Shown here: positions 40,178 through 63,211 of the stretch, in pieces
Position numbering within the stretch: position 1 is the first letter of the stretch
How the letters are laid out: each line of letters begins with the position of its first letter
Assembly (NCBI GenBank): GCA_033442325.1
Contig: JAWQFM010000012.1
Span: 436,122-500,121 of the forward strand
Reading direction: 5' to 3'
Length of the DNA stretch: 64,000 nucleotides
From: Salpingoeca rosetta
Taxonomy: Eukaryota; Protista; Choanoflagellata
The notes under the pieces: model-generated
Database searches by the model: none
The model's input: only the letters and a program-made list of their open reading frames with translations
Told to the model about the DNA's origin: nothing
Position numbers and translations under genes: made by a program

Positions 40178-41159
40178 CATTCGCATGCACACACGCACGC
40201 ACGCACTCGCATTCGCGCACGTCACGACAGTCTCTCAAGTGCAGCGTCAATTAAACGCCTTGCTTCTCTGCCCTTTGTGGCATCTTGATTGATGTGGGGG
40301 TTTTGTTTGTCTATACTCCCCGCTTTGCACGGACGTCGTTGCGACACGAAACGGCAGTTGGGTGTTCAATGAACCCTTGGTTGGCGACGTGAAATCAAGC
40401 CATAGAAGCCACACTACTCAACACAGGGCGATGATAATGACACCACACGAGCGTACACCAACAACGCAACACAACACGCAAAACCGCACACTCTCGGCAG
40501 CGGGGCTGTTGTGATGCGCATTTAATCGTGAGAGAAAACAGGGAATAGAGAAGGAAGAAGAGGAGGGGGAGGGGATTGAGGCAATTGGGGGCACGCAATG
40601 GGAGCGAAACGGTGGAGGCAGCAGGGAGCAAAAAGTGAATACAACAGCGGCAACAAACAGGCAATCAAATTGGGAAAGAACAAAGCAAAAAGGCATCAGG
40701 GAAGCATATGCAGCAGCGGTCATCAAAGGCAGAGAGAAGCCACCATTCACGTGTGTTGACACGAGGCGACATAGGGAGACATGTTGAAGGGCGAGAACAA
40801 CACACAAGCTAGCCTCTATGCAACACAATCAGCAGCACCGTCAACAACAGCAAAACGGCTGCACAACCCAGCACACGAGACGGCAAACACAAGAAGGTCC
40901 TCAGCAAGACCACCAAACGCGGTAAGGGAAACAAACCTCGAAACAGCAAAGACGGGAGGAGGTCGAAAACACAAACGCACAAATGCAAAACCGCACAACG
41001 TACGAAAGGAGCACTTAAAAGTGTGCATGCTTGAAATATAATGGTGCGACGTGCTTGGAGTCGACCCGGAACAAGCAAAAGTGGCCAGCAAAATCAGCTC
41101 AGCTCGCGTGGTCCAGATGGCAGTAGCCGCCACAGCAGCACGCACGCGTCCACATTCAC

Positions 41160-44100
41160 TTAGTAGTTGTTGCGACGGAAGCCGCCACCACGACCGCCAC
41201 CACGACCACCACCGCGTCCACCGCCACGACGGAAACCGCCACGTCCACCGCCACGTCCGCCGCCACGGCCGCCGCTGCGGAACCCGCCGTTCCTGTTGCC
41301 GTTGTAGCCGCCGCCACGATATGAGCCGTTGTTGCGGAACCCACCGCGACCAAAGCCCTGCTCCTCCTGCAGCTCAGGCAACTTCTCGGCGACTGTCAGC
41401 CGCAGGTTGGGGGTATCGCTCCAGTTGTCCTTGATCGTCTTCATCATGCTCGATGGCCTACCAAGGGCCAGGGGGACAACAAGAACAGCAATAGCGCACA
41501 GGAAGGGGGAAACGTCGTGTCGCGTGAGTGGCAGCGGTGGCGGTGAAAGCAAAGTAAACAGCACAGCAGCTGGAAGGGGGAAGTACACATGTATGTACAC
41601 ACATCCACAAATCTGCACAACAGACAAAAATACAACGCATAACACACATACACACAACAGACAGCAGCGTGTGGACTCACAGGTCAAAGACAGCGCCCAT
41701 GCGGTCCTTCTGGAGACGAATACCGCGAACGGCCTCGCGCACCTCCCGCGGCAGGTGGTGGCCCAGCACGCTGAACCTGTCCACGCACAAACACACACAC
41801 ACATGCATGCACACGGCAAGGAAGCGTGAATGAGTATTGTCGGGAGGGCAGTGTTGGTTGGAATGACATGTGCTGTCTGTGACATGAATCCAAACACACG
41901 CACACACACGCAACGACGAAAGCACAGGCCAGACATTGGAGAGCGATGCACAAATTGAACGTACACAAATGCCTTTCCGCGAATCTCCGTGTCTGTGGTG
42001 AGGTGGAAGGCGGTGAATCCCTCGAGGGAGGAGAGAAGACTGCGGCCCTTGATGGTCGTCGATCCGCTGATGTGTGCGAGCGCGGCTGCCAGCGCGTCAA
42101 CAGCGTTGCCCTTCTCCTCAATAAACGCCTGAAGCGGTGATCATTTATCGCAGCAGCAGCAACGGTGGTGGTGATAGCAGCGCGTGAGGAATTGTGTACG
42201 CGGTTCGAGGCGTGCATATGGGGGAAGCGTTTGAACAGCGGCAGCTGCAGTTCCGCTTTTGAACGCACACTAAATGTCCGCACTTGCGCTAAGAAACCAA
42301 ACACAAGGCACAAACACAAACACGAAGCACAATCACAGTCGGGCAGCGCACCTGTGCGGCCTCCTGGAAGTAGACGAGCACGTCGTTTGTGACGCTGTCG
42401 AGGAAGCGCGTGGCATCGCGTGCACTGGCTTTGATAATGTCCGCCGGCTGCGGCGCACCAATGCGCGTGAAGCTGATGCCTGCACGGCGCTCCACCTCCC
42501 GCAGCTGCTGCTCCTGGTTTGGCTTGTAGAAGCAGATGCACGTGCCCTTGCGGCCGGCGCGGCCTGTGCGGCCAGAGCGGTGGATGTACGACTCAACGTC
42601 CTTGGGCGGTTCGCACTGCACCACAAGGTCAACCTCGGGGATGTCAATGCCTCTGCAATAGAGGAGGAGACAAACAAGATGGGGGATTACGAGGAAACAA
42701 GAAAGGATGGCGGAAATCACACGTGTGAGTGAAGTGGCATGAGGGGGAAGGACAAGCAACGAGGAACAATTCAGCGGATACAAAGTGACAGCGACGACAT
42801 GTGCGCGCGTATGTGTGTATGTGTGTGTATGTGTGTGTATGTGTGTGTATGTGTGTGAATGTGGTGTGGTCGTGACCATCCATCCCACCTTGCAGCGACG
42901 TCTGTGGCGACAAGGCAGCGGACTTTGCCGTCGCGGAAGCACTGGAGTGACAGCTCGCGCTGTGCAGAGACCGAACAAAGAAACAAACAAGCAACGACAA
43001 TAGACATGTGAGCACGACAGGCGGCTGATATGCAGAAGCACGCAGCAACATACGACACACGCGCGCATGCACACACACACGCGCACGCACGCACGCACAC
43101 ACCTGCTTCTGTGCAATGTCGCCGTGGAGGACCTGGACTTCCTGCTTGAGTGTGTCGTTGAGGGCGAGCTCATTGGCGTCGCGCTTCGTCTGCGTGAAGA
43201 TCATCGTGCGGCCGTGCGCGCCAGAGTACACCTGCACAACGTCGGCAATCACCGTGTTGCGCGCCTGCCAGGGGCACCGCAGCGCAAGATGCTGCACGCT
43301 GTTTGGGACAGCGTAACAGCGAGGGGTATGTGTGGTGCACATGTAGAGGGGAATGCGAGAAGGTGGCATGCGATACCGGAGGTGGGTTGGGTTAGGGGCA
43401 GGAGGGCGCGTGCAATTCAACAAACTGTTGCACAGCACACAAAAATGCACGGTGCACACAAACCACAACACGCACAACACGCACAACACGCACAACACAC
43501 ACACCACACACACCACACACACAACGCACACAACACACGCACAACCCACAAACCCCACAAAACCCACAATACACTGAGAGTGACACAAGCTGACTGACCC
43601 GGTGCTTGTACGGTTCATCTCCTTGCCGACCGTGTCGACGACCTTGTGCTCGGGCATGTACTTGGTGAGGGTGGACTTGATAAAAGGGGGCATGGTAGCG
43701 CTGAAGAGAATCATCTGCGGCTTCTGACCAGCCTGCTCCACAGCCATGCTCAGCATCTTCTCGACCGTGTCCACAAACCCGACTTCAAGCATGCGATCAG
43801 CCTCGTCCAGCACAAGATACCTGCACCGAAAAAAAAAAGCGCGTGGCGAGGGCGCAGGGGGTGAGCGAGTGGACAACAAAACGGGGTGCAAAGGCATGAA
43901 TCTGTGACGAGAGAGGGGAGGGGGACGAGAGAACGGAGAAGAACGACAACAGCAACAGCAGCGGTAACAGTGACAGCGATAGGAATGTGGAACGCACTGG
44001 AGGTTGGTGAGCTGGAGGGCGCCAGACTCCATGTGGTCCATGAGGCGGCCCGGTGTGCCAACAACCACGTCAAGTCCGTTGCGGAATGCGCGGCCTGGTG

Positions 44101-45572
44101 ATAACAACACGTGGCGTATGCACGGAGGTGGTGTGAGATGTTGATGGGCATTGTGATGAAGGGAAATGTGCGCATACATGTTAGCATGCAAACTGGAATT
44201 TACACACACTGAAATTGACACACACCAACACGCAAACGAACACGCAAACAAACACGCACGCAAACAAACACGCACGAACACACGCACACGCATGCAGTTC
44301 GCTGAACGTACGCTGGGGCTCGTAGTCTGTGCCACCGTAGATGCATGTGCTGGCGAGGGAAGGGCCAACCTTCTGGAACTCGCGCCACACCTGCGAGGCG
44401 AGCTCACGGGTCGGGGCCATGACGAGGACGCGTGGGCGGCGGCCGCGGGTGGTGTCGGGCGAAGCAAGCAGCTTCTCAATGACGGGCAGCGCAAAGGACA
44501 GCGTCTTGCCTTCGCCAGTGCGGGCCTTGCCGAAGATGTCGTTGCCGGCCATAATCAGGTCAAACGTCTCTGTCAGAGGGGAAAATTGTGGTGGTGTTGG
44601 TTGGAGGAGAAGGAAGGAGGAACAGAGTTAGTGTGGGTGTTGGGTGAGGGTCAGCAATTGGTTGCAGCACATGAAGTCAGTGCCAGCACATCACAAAGCA
44701 GCCAGCCTTGGAAGCAAAGAGTGCAGCACTCGTAACACTCGCAACATATCATGTGGTCACGTTCAACGCACTGGCTTGGATGGGGAAGAGGTACTTGTAG
44801 CCGTGCTTCTCAAGGTTGTTGCGGGACTTGTCGGAGATGTCAAAGTTGTCCAGGGCACCCTCCTTCTGAACCTGAGACATCTGCAAAACGCGCACCAAGT
44901 ACACAACACCGAGAGTACACATGGCATGAGGATGCACACAGGTGAGGGAATGCACAGTGCAATGGGAAAGTAGTGATGTGTATTGATCAAGCACGCGAGG
45001 TACAGTGCTTGAGGGCAATGTGAGTGCTGGCCTACCTCTTCGTCTTGGTCATCAGAATCGTCGTCCTTGACTGTGCTCTTGGCCTTCTTGGTGGGGTGGT
45101 CTGCGTAGGGCGACAAGGGAATGAGCAGGAGATTAGATGAGCAGAGGAAATTGGATGAGCACATTGGAACCTTCGGCCAGGCAGACCACAGCAATACGAT
45201 GGCACAACCGAAGCACAGGGATCGCCAAGGCAATGACAAAGCCGATCGCAAACCGTATCAACACAAACACACACACAACATACCGATACACACAGCAAAC
45301 AAAGGTGGCTTACTCTCTGCATCGGAGTCGTCGTGGGCTGCACCGTTGATTGCAGAGTGTTCTGATTCCTGATCGCTGACGGCAGACTCGCCCTCGTCGG
45401 TGGAATGCCTGCGCTTGGAGCTCTTAGACTTCTTGCTCTTCTTCTTCTTGTCCTTCTTCTCCTTCTTGGACTTCTTCTTCTTCTTGGGAGAGGAAGAGTC
45501 CTTGACTGGGGACTCGACGATCGCCTCCTGCGGCTGCTCGTCTTCCTCGAGGCTGTGTGCAACCATCGTCAT
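41160..45572 (-). CDS. DDX21: Nucleolar DEAD-box RNA helicase 2 (DDX21/DDX50, Gu) with GUCT domain and RGG tail
   Basis: Lys-rich N-terminus; Q-motif [65 protein letters not shown]; [15 protein letters not shown] and GAVFDL (GUCT); C-terminal GGFR/RGG repeats. Confidence 0.92.
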
Positions 45573-45852
45573 TTGTGTGGTAGTGTGTGCTCGGAGGGTG
45601 TGTAGTGGAGTGATGCGGGATCAAGCGGTGAAGGATGGATCAAAGTTGAGTCGCGTGCACGTGGCTTGGCTTGATTGGCTTGGAGTGTGTGTCGTGGCTG
45701 GGAAATGGCCTGCGCGTGTGCTGCTGTGAGGACTTTGCTGCTGGGCTTTGTGTTTTTCTGCGATCGCGCGTGCACGTGGGATTGTTGAGAAACGTTTTAT
45801 GATGTCGTCAACCGGTAATGGGCGGGTCGACTGAAATCAGTCGTGCTGGATT

Positions 45853-45876
45853 GTCTGTCTGTGTCTGTGTCTGTGT

Positions 45877-45937
<61 letters not shown>

Positions 45938-46280
45938 TGTGTGTCTGTGTGTCTGTGTGTGTGTCTGTGTGTGTGTGTGTGTATGTGTGTATGTCTGTCT
46001 GTCTGTCTGTCTGTGTCTGTCTGTCTGTGTGTGTCTGTGTCTGTGTCTGTGTGTCTGTGTCTGTGTCTGTCTGTGTGTGTCTGTCTGTCTGTGTGTGTGT
46101 CTGTCTGTGTCTGTCTGTCTGTGTGTGTCTGTGTCTGTGTCTGTGTGTCTGTGTCTGTGTCTGTCTGTGTGTGTCTGTCTGTCTGTGTGTGTGTGTGTCT
46201 GTGTCTGTGTCTGTCTGTGTGTGTGTGTGTGTATGTGTGTATGTCTGTCTGTCTGTCTGTCTGTGTCTGTCTGTCTGTTT
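45853..46280. repeat. Compound (GT)n/(GTCT)n/(GTGTCT)n microsatellite, ~430 bp, intergenic
   Basis: Continuous GT/CT low-complexity tract between the NENF stop and the DDX21 start. Confidence 0.95.
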
Positions 46281-46370
46281 GTGCTTTGAGTGCACGCTTG
46301 CGCACGCTGTTGCCGATCAGTGTCGCGCTGTCAACGCAACACCGCACGGCTTGTCAGGCTTGCGCGTGTG

Positions 46371-48136
46371 CTAGAGTTCGTCGTGTGTCTTGACGAAGCG
46401 GCCCACCACAGGATACTTGGCCTTGTACACGGTCTCAATCACCTGGACAAAAGAACACGTGCACCAGACAAGGGGACACGGCGGGCAAATACATGCATGG
46501 TTGGTTGAATTGATGGGGTGGGGTTGGCTGGATTTCAAGGGAAAGGTTTGTGTAAAGTGAAGTAGCAAGCGTGGTGACGTGCTTTGTGCACATCCTCACT
46601 GCGCACCAAACGACAATTCAAGCAACACTAAGAAACAACCAAACAAGACAAGAAACGCGCGTGTACCTCATTCAAACCAGCAAGTTGCTCCTCGGTAAAG
46701 TCCGACTGTGACAGCAGAAAATGACACAAGACGCAACAAAGAAGCACAGGGCCTTGCATGAACGACATGACAGAAGGGAACGAGCACTGCACAAACACAA
46801 CACACACCGACACACACCGACATACACATCGACGCACACACACCGACACACACACACACGCAAATCATCACCCTCAGCACCAATCACCACAATCAGCATC
46901 ATACAATGTCGTCTGTAAGGTCCTTCTCGTCCAATGACCAGAGCCCCACAGCACGCGTGCTGTCCTTGCCAACCAGCTATGGAAACGGGAAAAGGGTGTG
47001 GTGTGGTGTGTGGTGTGTGTGTGTGTGGTGTGGTGTGGTGTGGTGTGGTGTGGTGTGGTGTGGTGTGGTGTGGTGTGTGGTGTGGTGTGGTGTGTGGTGT
47101 GGTGTGGTGTGTGGTGTGGTGTGGTGTGGTGTGGTGTGGTGTGGTGTGGTGTGTGTGCGTCAATATGACACCGATTGTGAGAGTAAGGGAGATGTGCGGA
47201 GTCGTGGTGGTCAAGCATACGAGGTGCGAACACATGCAGGGCATCAACGGCGCAGCAGCAGCATAACCAAGAGATGAGCAGCTCAACAAGTAGGCAGCGT
47301 GTCTCAAGCACAAAGAGAAAAAAAAAAGCAGCACACGTACCGCGTTGTAGGAAGCACCAGGGCCATAAAACCCTGGTTGCATGATGTAATGTGTGACGCA
47401 ACAGCCAAAGAACGTGAATGATTTGTGCATATGCAGGTGACAGCAACCAATGAGTGCACACACACACGCGCGCGCGCGCCATAGCTTGACAAGTATCATG
47501 CAACGCTAAATGGAGGCAAAAGATGCCTCCTTGCGTGCACGTAACAATGGAGACAATTTGAGACAACGTGTCTCCTCAACTGCAACCAACACGCACACGA
47601 CGCACACGACGCACACGACGCACACACGCACGCGGCACACACGCGCACACGGCACGCACGCAGCACAACACACGAGCGAGAACTGGCGTACGCACGTTTG
47701 CCTGCGGTGACGTCGTACACGATGCCCTTGAGCGAGATTAAGATTGGCAGCTCCGGCTGCAAACAACCAAGAGCAAGACGTAGAGAAAACGAGGTTTCGT
47801 CCAATGAGCACGCTCAGGGTCTCCATCAACGTCGTGGACCACGCAAACAAAGCACGTGCTACACAATGATGTGATGTGACATGACTTCACGCCTTGACTG
47901 CACAAACACAACCAGATCCAACAACACAACAGTACAACACAACAGTACAACACAGCCACACACAACACAACACAACACCGGCTCACATCACGTCCGTCGT
48001 ATTTCTTCAAGTCCTCTGCGGTGAAGGCTGTCTGCGGAAGCGTGTCCTCTCCGGCTTGCTCTGCACCGACTGCTACTGCCGCTCCCGCAGCAACAGCGAC
48101 AGCGAGCACCACACCAATCAACAACACTGATCGCAT
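46371..48136 (-). CDS. NENF: Neudesin (MAPR family, cytochrome b5-like heme/steroid-binding), 6 exons, C-terminal HDEL
   Basis: Signal peptide [25 protein letters not shown], then [13 protein letters not shown] / [20 protein letters not shown] / [11 protein letters not shown] / [24 protein letters not shown] / [13 protein letters not shown] / [29 protein letters not shown] and VYKAKYP are neudesin-type signatures. Confidence 0.88.
46997..47150. repeat. (TGTGG)n pentanucleotide microsatellite in a NENF intron
   Basis: Tandem GGTGT units on the plus strand (CCACA in the pre-mRNA). Confidence 0.9.
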
Positions 48137-48248
48137 CTCCTTGCTTGTTGTTGGTCCTTCTTGTTGGAATGTTTATGCAAATCATAGATACTTTTCTGCA
48201 AACCAGGCGGACCACTCTCGCACACTGATGCTTTCTGCCTGAAGACAT

Positions 48249-48408
48249 TCACTCACTCACTCACTCACGCACTCACGCACTCACTCACTCACTCACTCAC
48301 TCACTCACTCACTCACTCACTCACTCACCCGCTCACTCACTCACTCACTCACTCACCCGCTCACTCACTCACTCACTCACTCACTCACCCGCTCACTCAC
48401 CCGCTCAC

Positions 48409-48412
<4 letters not shown>
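48249..48412. repeat. (TCAC)n tetranucleotide array filling most of the intergenic gap
   Basis: About 40 CTCA units with occasional CGCA/CCCG interruptions. Confidence 0.95.
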
Positions 48413-59119
<10,707 letters not shown>

Positions 59120-59573
59120 CCTCTCCTACCTATCTATCTGTCTTCTCTCCTGTCTTTGCTTCTAAGTTCGCTTCGATGCTTCGACGTTGTGCTGTTGGCT
59201 TGTTGTGATGTGTACGCGCTTACGTGTGAGTAGGTGTGTGGATGACTGGATGAGCAGAGGCGGATCGTTCAGTGGTTCAAAGTGGCTCGGCTGTTGCTTC
59301 GTGTCCTTGTTTGTGTGCTCTCTGTTGCGCTGTCACGCTGTTGTGCCTCTGTCTCGTCTTGTGGTGTGGTGAGTGCTTGAGTGACAGGAGCGCAGAGTGA
59401 AACTACGCACTGCCTGTCTCTGTTGCTTGCTGCTGTGCTGCTTGGGGTGAGGGGGTGGCTTGTTGTGCAGCACGAGAGAGAAGACGTTGCTGTGTGTTGT
59501 GGTGTTGTGTTGTTGTTGTTGGGGCGGGGTGTATTTTGTATGAGGCAAAATTTCGTGCAGAAGCAATTGAGAT

Positions 59574-59647
59574 GGCCGTGTGGCCCAATTGGATAAGGCG
59601 CCTGACTACGGATCAGGAGATTCGGGGTTCGAGTCCCTGCATGGTCA
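59574..59647 (+). tRNA. trnR-ACG: tRNA-Arg (anticodon ACG)
   Basis: Acceptor stem GGCCGTG/CATGGTC, D arm with A-box TGGCCCAATTGG, anticodon arm CCTGA-CTACGGA-TCAGG, T arm GGTTCGAGTCC. Confidence 0.95.
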
Positions 59648-59651
59648 CATC

Positions 59652-59659
59652 TTTTTTTT
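59652..59659 (+). terminator. RNA polymerase III terminator (T8)
   Basis: Oligo-T run 4 nt downstream of the tRNA. Confidence 0.8.
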
Positions 59660-60182
59660 CTTTTGCTTTTTTTTTCCCATGTTCCGTTGCTCCTCTGTTT
59701 TCTTTTCCTCGCTCGCTGCTCTGCTTTCCTTCTTTCCTTGCTTCACTTCTTGTCTGACAAAGCACTTGCCGGTCGCGGCTTGCTGCTCACATTCCACACT
59801 CCACACTCCCCACTCACGCGCTCATGAACACTCAACACTCTTGAAGGTCGCATGCACTCGTTCGCATCACAGCAGTGTCACACCCTCTCTCCTTCTCTCT
59901 CTCTTGCTCTGCAAACACTCCACAACGAATACGCAACGAACACGCAACTGCACAGTACACACACCTTACCTGACTGCAAACAAGCAACTGCTGCAAGCTA
60001 CTGCAAATAAGCAGCCATGCCGTCAAAGGCGCCCTCCAACACACAGAGTCCACAAAGGCACAAGGAAAGACTGTTCATGATGAGTGTTGATCTGATCTTC
60101 CATGCATGGTTTCATCACTTTCGATTCCTTACTCTTCTGAACATACTTCGACTACCGTGCCTACCACCACCACCACTACCAC

Positions 60183-60352
<170 letters not shown>

Positions 60353-60463
60353 GAGAAACAAGGCATGCGAGCAGCAACACAGGGGCAAACCCAAAGAACA
60401 TCACAGCCGCGCAAACTGCACCAATCAAACACATCAAAACCCTTCCTTCCAACACGCTATGCA

Positions 60464-60510
<47 letters not shown>

Positions 60511-60523
60511 AGGCGTCAGATGA

Positions 60524-63175
60524 CTAGATGGTTGTATCTGGGGATGTCTTGAGCAAGTCGTGCAGTTTTGCACGGATGGACATGTCAGCCAGACGGCCCC
60601 GCCGCGCTTCCTGCTCCTCATCAGCCAGTTGGCGGTAGTCCTCGAGCGTCGCCTGTGCCTGCGCCTGCACGCTCTCCACCACCTTGGCCGAGAATGACAT
60701 GGCCAGCATGCAGCGCTCGAGCTGTTCACGCGCACGTGCCAGCTCGTCGCGGGCAGCGTCCAGGTCCTGCTGCAGTTGCGCCGTCGACTGCACACTTGAT
60801 GAGGAGGCAGCGACAACAGCAGCGCTCTGCGTTGCTTGCCCTCCCTGCTGTTGCTCGTTGCTGTCTTGCTGTTGGGCGGCAGCCAAGTCAATGTCAATGA
60901 CGCCAGCAGACGACACGTGGACGGCAACACAGGGTGCCCGAATCCGCTTGCGCGACTCTGCAACGATGTTGGCACGTGCCGCCTTTGCAAACAGCGGCAG
61001 CCGCTGCAGGTAGTCCCCATCAAGCACCGTCAGGTCGAGGTTGGACAGGAGAAGACTGATTTCAGGGCCGCATGTGGAGGGCGGGAAGGCGTCAAGCGGG
61101 TCGGCATCCGCGTTGTTCAGCACCTCTGCAATGTTCTGCAGCGGCACCTGGTCAAGCGTTGCCATCAGCGAACGCACGCGCGCCGTCACCGTGACGGGTG
61201 GGATATCTGGCTCGGGGATGAACTCAAGCACCTCCCCGCTCGTCAGCTCAGGTGGAGAGGGCAGGGTTACCACCTCCTGGCTGGCGCTGGTGAAGACAGA
61301 CGCGTACGACGAGGCAAGGAAGGCGTCCACGTCGTCGAGAATGTGCGCCTCGTGCTGGCTGTCGCCCTCGCCAGTCCAAAACTCGGCCTGCTGCCAGCTG
61401 TGCTGGTCGATGCGTTCTGTGATGGCAAAGTCCTCCGAGCCAACGAACGACCGATCATCGTCGCTGGCGATGGACGTGGTGTCCGAATCGTAGTCCTCGT
61501 CCACAGCGCTCGCCTCCTCCGCAGCCGTTGTTGCCCGCCTGTTGCTGCCCGCGCTCTTCGTCTCCGCGTCCATCATCTCCATCGCCTTCTTCAGCTGCTG
61601 CGGGCTCACGCTCGTGCCACGCCGCACGCTCCCCGACCACGAGCGGGCGAGGTGGTGCTGTGCGCGCCGCGCTTGCTCGTATCGCTCCTGGAACGTATCG
61701 TACTGCAGGCACCGCTCTTTGCCGGAGACAAGGGGAATGTGCACTCGGCACAGCACCTGCGGCTCAACAATGTGCTCAATGTCGAGCGTGGTCGCGTCAA
61801 TGGCGCCGGCTGGGTGGGGCGTGTTGTCGCGGACAACCTGTCCACTCGGGCTGCTCAGGTTTTGCGTCAGGATGAGTTCCTGCACGGCAGCGCGGGCAAG
61901 CTGGTGGTCCTTGTGCTCTGTCAGCGACAACTGCGTGTCGTACGCACAGGCGTGGATCAAGTCATCGCGCCCGTTGTTCACAGCAAAGGTCACCGCCCGC
62001 ACCATCACAAACAAATGGCTCGGCTTCTCATCGTCATCGTCATCGTCATCACGACCGCCATCGCCATCATCACGACCGCCATCGCCGTCGTCCTTGTCGT
62101 TCGTCTTGAACTTCTTCAAACCCTCTGTGATCACGTGGAACGGCAGCGCTGTGACGATGTTGAACATGTTCATGATGTACACATAAAGCTCGTGCGTTAA
62201 GTGCACATACAGCTGGTCCGCAATCTCCAGCAGCAGGTAGCTTGCCGTATCGTCCTCGCGTGTGCGCACGATAATGGACGTGTGGTTCAGCACCCGCGCC
62301 TTCTCGGAACAGCGGCCATCCTTGCTCTCGTTCACAACAGCAGTCAGACCATCCACCGTGATGTACATTCCTGCTGCCGCATCCATGTCGCGTTCGTCGC
62401 CATCACCACTGTCGCCATCGCCGCCGCCATCCCGCCCGCTCAGATCAACACCTTCGTAGTCGGGGTTGGTGTTGCGCAGCACAGGGTCCTGCACCAGGCC
62501 AGCAATTTCCGTGACGGGCGGGAGGAACTGTGTTCCACCTTCCGATTCGGGAAAGGCGTGCGCGCGCCTGTATAGCCAGCCGTTGTAGAAGTGTGACGTG
62601 CGCAGCAGGGTGTTGGCGTTCTTGCACGCGGTCGGGGTGTTGGTGAGCGTGACAGAGTCGATGGTTGCTGTGAGGAAGATGCTGCGATCGGGCTCCTTCA
62701 TGGTGGCGAGAACAGGCGGAAGCTGCACCTCGAGGTTACGGCACTGCACCATCAGTGACGCCGGCAGCGTGCTGGCTCGACTCTCGCTGTCACCGCCATC
62801 ATCATCATCGCCGTCATGACCCCCAGCTGTTGGGGCTGAGGTGCCCCCCTTCTTGCCTGCTGTTGCTGTTGCTGCTTTCGCGGATGCTGTCTTTGCCGTT
62901 GCGGGGCTGAGCACGGGATCAAGAGACTCCACGAGGAAGCGGCCAACCTCAAACCCAGCAGCAATGTCCGCTGTCACCTTCATGTTGCACACCTGCACGA
63001 AGCGCTGGGCGGGTGGCAGGCGGAAGTCGGGGTGTGGTTCGCCAATCAGCAGACGTGCGGCTGCTGGGGGCTCCGAGAAGGACGCAAGCGCAATCATGAT
63101 CATTGGCTGGGCGCTGCCTTCCTCTGTTGGCTGCAGGAGAATCACGCGCGGTCGCGGACCAGCCGACGCCGCAGC

Positions 63176-63211
<36 letters not shown>

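Noticed and set aside
44881-45032. Possible intronic H/ACA snoRNA in DDX21 (TCAAGCAC...GTGCTTGA stem followed by an ANANNA-like box)
   Set aside because: No convincing second hairpin or terminal ACA box, and no C/D boxes found. An Infernal or snoReport scan would be needed.
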